This document shows positions 60,757 to 64,000 of a DNA stretch of 64,000 nt, in pieces. The notes beneath the pieces are model-generated. The model saw nothing but the letters and a program-made list of their open reading frames with translations. It made no database searches and was not told the DNA's origin. A program made the translations under genes and the position numbers. The stretch lies in contig CAXXTH010000017.1 of the NCBI GenBank assembly GCA_963668025.2, forward strand, positions 1,056,001 to 1,120,000, written 5' to 3'. The first letter of the stretch is position 1. Each line of letters opens with the position of its first letter. The DNA comes from Candidatus Hydrogenedentota bacterium (lineage in GTDB: Bacteria > Hydrogenedentota > Hydrogenedentia > Hydrogenedentales > SLHB01).

Positions 60757-60973
60757 GGCGGGATATGGAAGGCATGGAGCGAAACGGGGCGGACGGCTTG
60801 CGTAAAAAACGGCATGTTTTCCATATGAAACGGGATGTATTGCTCTGCCCGGCCGCTTTTCTTGCGTCATGCGTGAATCCGCCATTTGGTTTGAGTATCA
60901 TAGGCCATATTCGTACAAAGCCAGGTTATTCTCGGACGCACTAATAGGGGCTGTGAAGCCACGGGAAAGCATT

Positions 60974-61246
60974 ATGCTAGAGATTAGTGAGGAGCTTACT
61001 ATTCAGAACGCATTGGGGCTGCATGCCCGGCCAGCGGCTTCGCTGGTTCAAACGGTGCTGCAATACCGATGCGATGTTCAAATTGGGTCGGGCAATCACC
61101 GGGTGAACGCGAAAAGCATCATGGGATTGCTTACTCTCGCCGCTGCCCATGGGGCCCGCCTCATTATCACGTGCCGGGGCGAGGACGCCCAGGAAGCCAT
61201 GGACGCCGTACGGACGCTTATTGAATCGGGATTTGGAGAAGAGTAG
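60974..61246 (+). CDS. ptsH: Phosphocarrier protein HPr
   Basis: GLHARPA (His15) and NAKSIMGLL (Ser46). Confidence 0.95.
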   Translation: MLEISEELTIQNALGLHARPAASLVQTVLQYRCDVQIGSGNHRVNAKSIMGLLTLAAAHGARLIITCRGEDAQEAMDAVRTLIESGFGEE

Positions 61247-63027
61247 TGGAAATCTCCATCAACGGTATCGGTGTGTCGCCGGGCATTGCTATCGGCCCTG
61301 CGCTGACATTTGGAGTGCAAACACTAGATATTGCACGCTATGAAGTGGCCGACCGGGATGCCGAACTCGTGCGGTTTCATGAAGCGCTCAAGGATGCGCG
61401 CAACGCGATCCAGCGCCTGCGCGAGCAAACCGCCGAGCAGCTTGGCGACAAGCACGCGGAGATTTTTGACGCCCACCTCATGATCTTGGACGACCCGTTA
61501 TTCCGCGAGGAAATCGAGAACCGAGTCCGGGATGAAGGGATTAATGTCGAATACCTCGTGGATGACTTCATTGCGCGGATGTCTAAAGCCATCGAGTCCG
61601 TGGATGATACGCGGTTCCGCGAGCGGGCGCGTGACCTCATGGATGTGGGTACGCGCATTCTGGGCAAGCTGTTAAACGCGCCCATGCTCTGCTTGAACCG
61701 CCTCGAGCGGCCAAGTGTTATTGTCGCGCATGATTTATCGCCTTCCGACACGGCGAATTTGGATCTCACCAACACCCTGGGCCTGGCGACTGATCTGAGC
61801 GGACCCACGTCGCATACGGCCATTTTGGCGCGCGCTCTCGAAATCCCCGCCGTGGTTGGCCTCAAATATGTGGGCCAGCATGCACTTTCCGGCGATACCA
61901 TCATCATTGACGGCTCGCAAGGCCGCGTGATCATCCGGCCCAATGAACAAACGCTGGCGGTGATGCGCGCGAAAAAAAAGCAGGAAGAAGAACAGCGCAG
62001 CGCTCTTATCCGCACGGAAGTCAATCGCAGCGTCACCCAGGACGGCCACGATGTGCCGATTCTCGCCAATATCGAGCTTCCGGTCGAGGTGGCGCATGGC
62101 TTGCGCAACCGCGCCCAAGGCGTCGGGTTGTACCGTACGGAATATTTGTTCTTGAACCGCCCCTCGCTGCCTTCGGAAGAAGAGCAATATGAGGCCTACT
62201 GTGAAGTGGCCCAAGCCCTTAAGCCCAGCCCAGTGGTCTTGCGCACCCTTGATTTGGGGGGGGATAAATTTGTTTCTCATATCAATTACGCCGAGGAGCT
62301 GAATCCCCAGCTTGGCTGGCGCGCCATACGTTTTTGCCTGGAGCGCCCCGATATTTTCAAGGCCCAGCTCCGCGCCATTTTCCGCGCCAGCGTCCTGGGC
62401 AATGTGGAAGTCATGTTCCCTTTGATCAGCGGCGTGGACGAGTTTGACCGGGTCATGGTTGTCGTGCGGGAAGTGTTCGCCGATCTGGAACGGCGCTCGG
62501 AGCCTTTTGATAAAAATATCCGGATAGGCACGATGATCGAGGTGCCATCCGCGGTGGCGGTGGCCGATGTATTGGCGAAGCGGTGTGATTTCTTCAGTAT
62601 AGGCACCAACGATCTGATTCAATATTCGCTGGCGGTAGACCGTGTGAACGAGAAAATCGCCCATATGTATGAACCGGCGCATCCCGCCGTGATCCGCATG
62701 ATTCATCATACGGTCAGCGCCGCTAAAGCCGCGGGCATTCCGTGCAGCATATGCGGCGAAATGGCTGGCGATCCGCTTTTTACGGAGTTGTTGGTAGGCC
62801 TCGGGATTTCCTCCTTGAGCATGTCTTCGGTGGCCATACCGATGGTGCGCGCGGAAGTGGCCAGCATCCGCCTTTCATCCGCCAAACGTTTTGCGCGCAA
62901 GGTGCTCGATATGGGCTCCGGCAATGAGATCAAAGCCCTCATGATGAAACGCTACAAGACCCGCCAAAGCACGGAGCGATTGCTCGATCCCAAAACAGAT
63001 GGCGCACCTGCGCCGCAGGCGGAATGA
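61246..63027 (+). CDS. ptsI: PEP-protein phosphotransferase (PTS enzyme I)
   Basis: GPTSHTAILAR, GLYRTE, RTLDLGGDK, SIGTNDL, CGEMAG. Confidence 0.96.
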   Translation: MEISINGIGVSPGIAIGPALTFGVQTLDIARYEVADRDAELVRFHEALKDARNAIQRLREQTAEQLGDKHAEIFDAHLMILDDPLFREEIENRVRDEGINVEYLVDDFIARMSKAIESVDDTRFRERARDLMDVGTRILGKLLNAPMLCLNRLERPSVIVAHDLSPSDTANLDLTNTLGLATDLSGPTSHTAILARALEIPAVVGLKYVGQHALSGDTIIIDGSQGRVIIRPNEQTLAVMRAKKKQEEEQRSALIRTEVNRSVTQDGHDVPILANIELPVEVAHGLRNRAQGVGLYRTEYLFLNRPSLPSEEEQYEAYCEVAQALKPSPVVLRTLDLGGDKFVSHINYAEELNPQLGWRAIRFCLERPDIFKAQLRAIFRASVLGNVEVMFPLISGVDEFDRVMVVVREVFADLERRSEPFDKNIRIGTMIEVPSAVAVADVLAKRCDFFSIGTNDLIQYSLAVDRVNEKIAHMYEPAHPAVIRMIHHTVSAAKAAGIPCSICGEMAGDPLFTELLVGLGISSLSMSSVAIPMVRAEVASIRLSSAKRFARKVLDMGSGNEIKALMMKRYKTRQSTERLLDPKTDGAPAPQAE

Positions 63028-64000
63028 GGCGGGCTTCCTTGAAACGGCAAATTTGCATATTAGGTTCAACCGGCTCCATTGGCCGCAGCGCGCTGGATGT
63101 GGTGCGCCGCCATCCGGATCGCTTTGAAGTATCCGGGCTCGCCGCCCACTCGAACCATGCGCTGCTGGCGGAGCAAATTGCCGAATTCCATCCCGCTACA
63201 GCGGTCTTGGCGGATGAAGAAGCGGCGGCGCGCTTGAGGCGGGACTGCCCAAATACCACGGTGTTGAGCGGGCCGGGCGGGCTCGAAGAACTGGCTTCGA
63301 AGCCGGTGGATGTAGTGCTGTGCGCCGTAGTGGGCGCGGTGGGGCTCAAGCCGATACTCCGCGCTATCGAAGCAGGCAGCCGTATCGCGCTGGCCAATAA
63401 AGAGCCGCTGGTCATGGCGGGCGCGCTCATTCTCGAACACGCCCGCGCCCATGGCGTCGCTATTACGCCAGTGGACAGCGAACACAGTGCGATCTTCCAA
63501 TGCCTGCATGGCCACCGGCCCGAAGATGTGGCGTGCATTTTTCTGACGGCGTCGGGCGGGCCGTTCTACGGGCGCAAGCGGGAAAGCCTCGCGCAGGTGT
63601 CGCCCGAAGAAGCCGCCAGCCATCCCACCTGGAATATGGGCAAAAAGATCAGCGTGGATTCGGCCACCCTCATGAATAAAGGGCTTGAAGTGGTCGAAGC
63701 GATGTGGCTCTTTGGATTGTCCGTGGACCGCATCCATGTGGTGATCCATCCGCAAAGCATTGTGCATGGCCTGGTCGAGTTCAACGACGGGAGCATTCTG
63801 GCGCATCTGGGCTTGACGGATATGAAGTTTCCCATCGAGTTCGCACTGGCGTGGCCTGAACGCATGGCGTCGCCCATGGGCCGCCTCGACTTGGCCCGTG
63901 CGCGGCAGCTTACGTTTGCAGCGCCGGATTTTTCGGAATTCCCCTGCCTGGGTTATGCCCTCGATGCGGCGCGCCAGGGCGGCACGGCCACTTCGATCTT
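63024..64000 (+). CDS. dxr: 1-deoxy-D-xylulose-5-phosphate reductoisomerase, 3' end beyond the window
   Basis: Manual translation ILGSTGSIG, LANKE, PVDSEHSAIFQ, HPTWNMGKKISVDSATLMNKGLE; ATGA overlap with ptsI. Confidence 0.95.
   Translation, partial: MRRASLKRQICILGSTGSIGRSALDVVRRHPDRFEVSGLAAHSNHALLAEQIAEFHPATAVLADEEAAARLRRDCPNTTVLSGPGGLEELASKPVDVVLCAVVGAVGLKPILRAIEAGSRIALANKEPLVMAGALILEHARAHGVAITPVDSEHSAIFQCLHGHRPEDVACIFLTASGGPFYGRKRESLAQVSPEEAASHPTWNMGKKISVDSATLMNKGLEVVEAMWLFGLSVDRIHVVIHPQSIVHGLVEFNDGSILAHLGLTDMKFPIEFALAWPERMASPMGRLDLARARQLTFAAPDFSEFPCLGYALDAARQGGTATSI

Overview
Chromosomal window from a diderm bacterium of moderately high GC. The lineage cannot be fixed from sequence alone; the surface-protein tails and repeat families suggest a poorly sampled phylum such as Hydrogenedentota, which is an inference only. 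From left to right it holds: the end of the spc/alpha ribosomal cluster (rpsN to rplQ, with rpmD and rpsD absent); a sorbose/sorbitol-phosphate dehydrogenase pair; ppnP; an ArsB/NhaD permease; tolA-like plus tolB; a type IV pilus locus (pilB, interrupted DUF4160/DUF2442 pair, pilT, pilS, pilR); a surface glycoside hydrolase; two small orphan genes; an intact ISKra4-family IS with a 9-bp target duplication; a GldAFG-like ABC operon; acpP-fabF-rnc-hppA; a surface beta-propeller protein; OmpA-domain and polysaccharide genes; and hpf-hprK-rapZ-ptsH-ptsI-dxr. The main finding sits at the head of the pil locus. It is a gene fusing a c-di-GMP-binding MshEN/T2SSE_N module, via a repetitive helical linker, to an intact DnaA-type AAA+ domain lacking the DNA-binding domain IV. 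A second MshEN fusion (to an HDOD domain) lies further on, suggesting an MshEN-based signalling network. No rRNA, tRNA or CRISPR array was seen.
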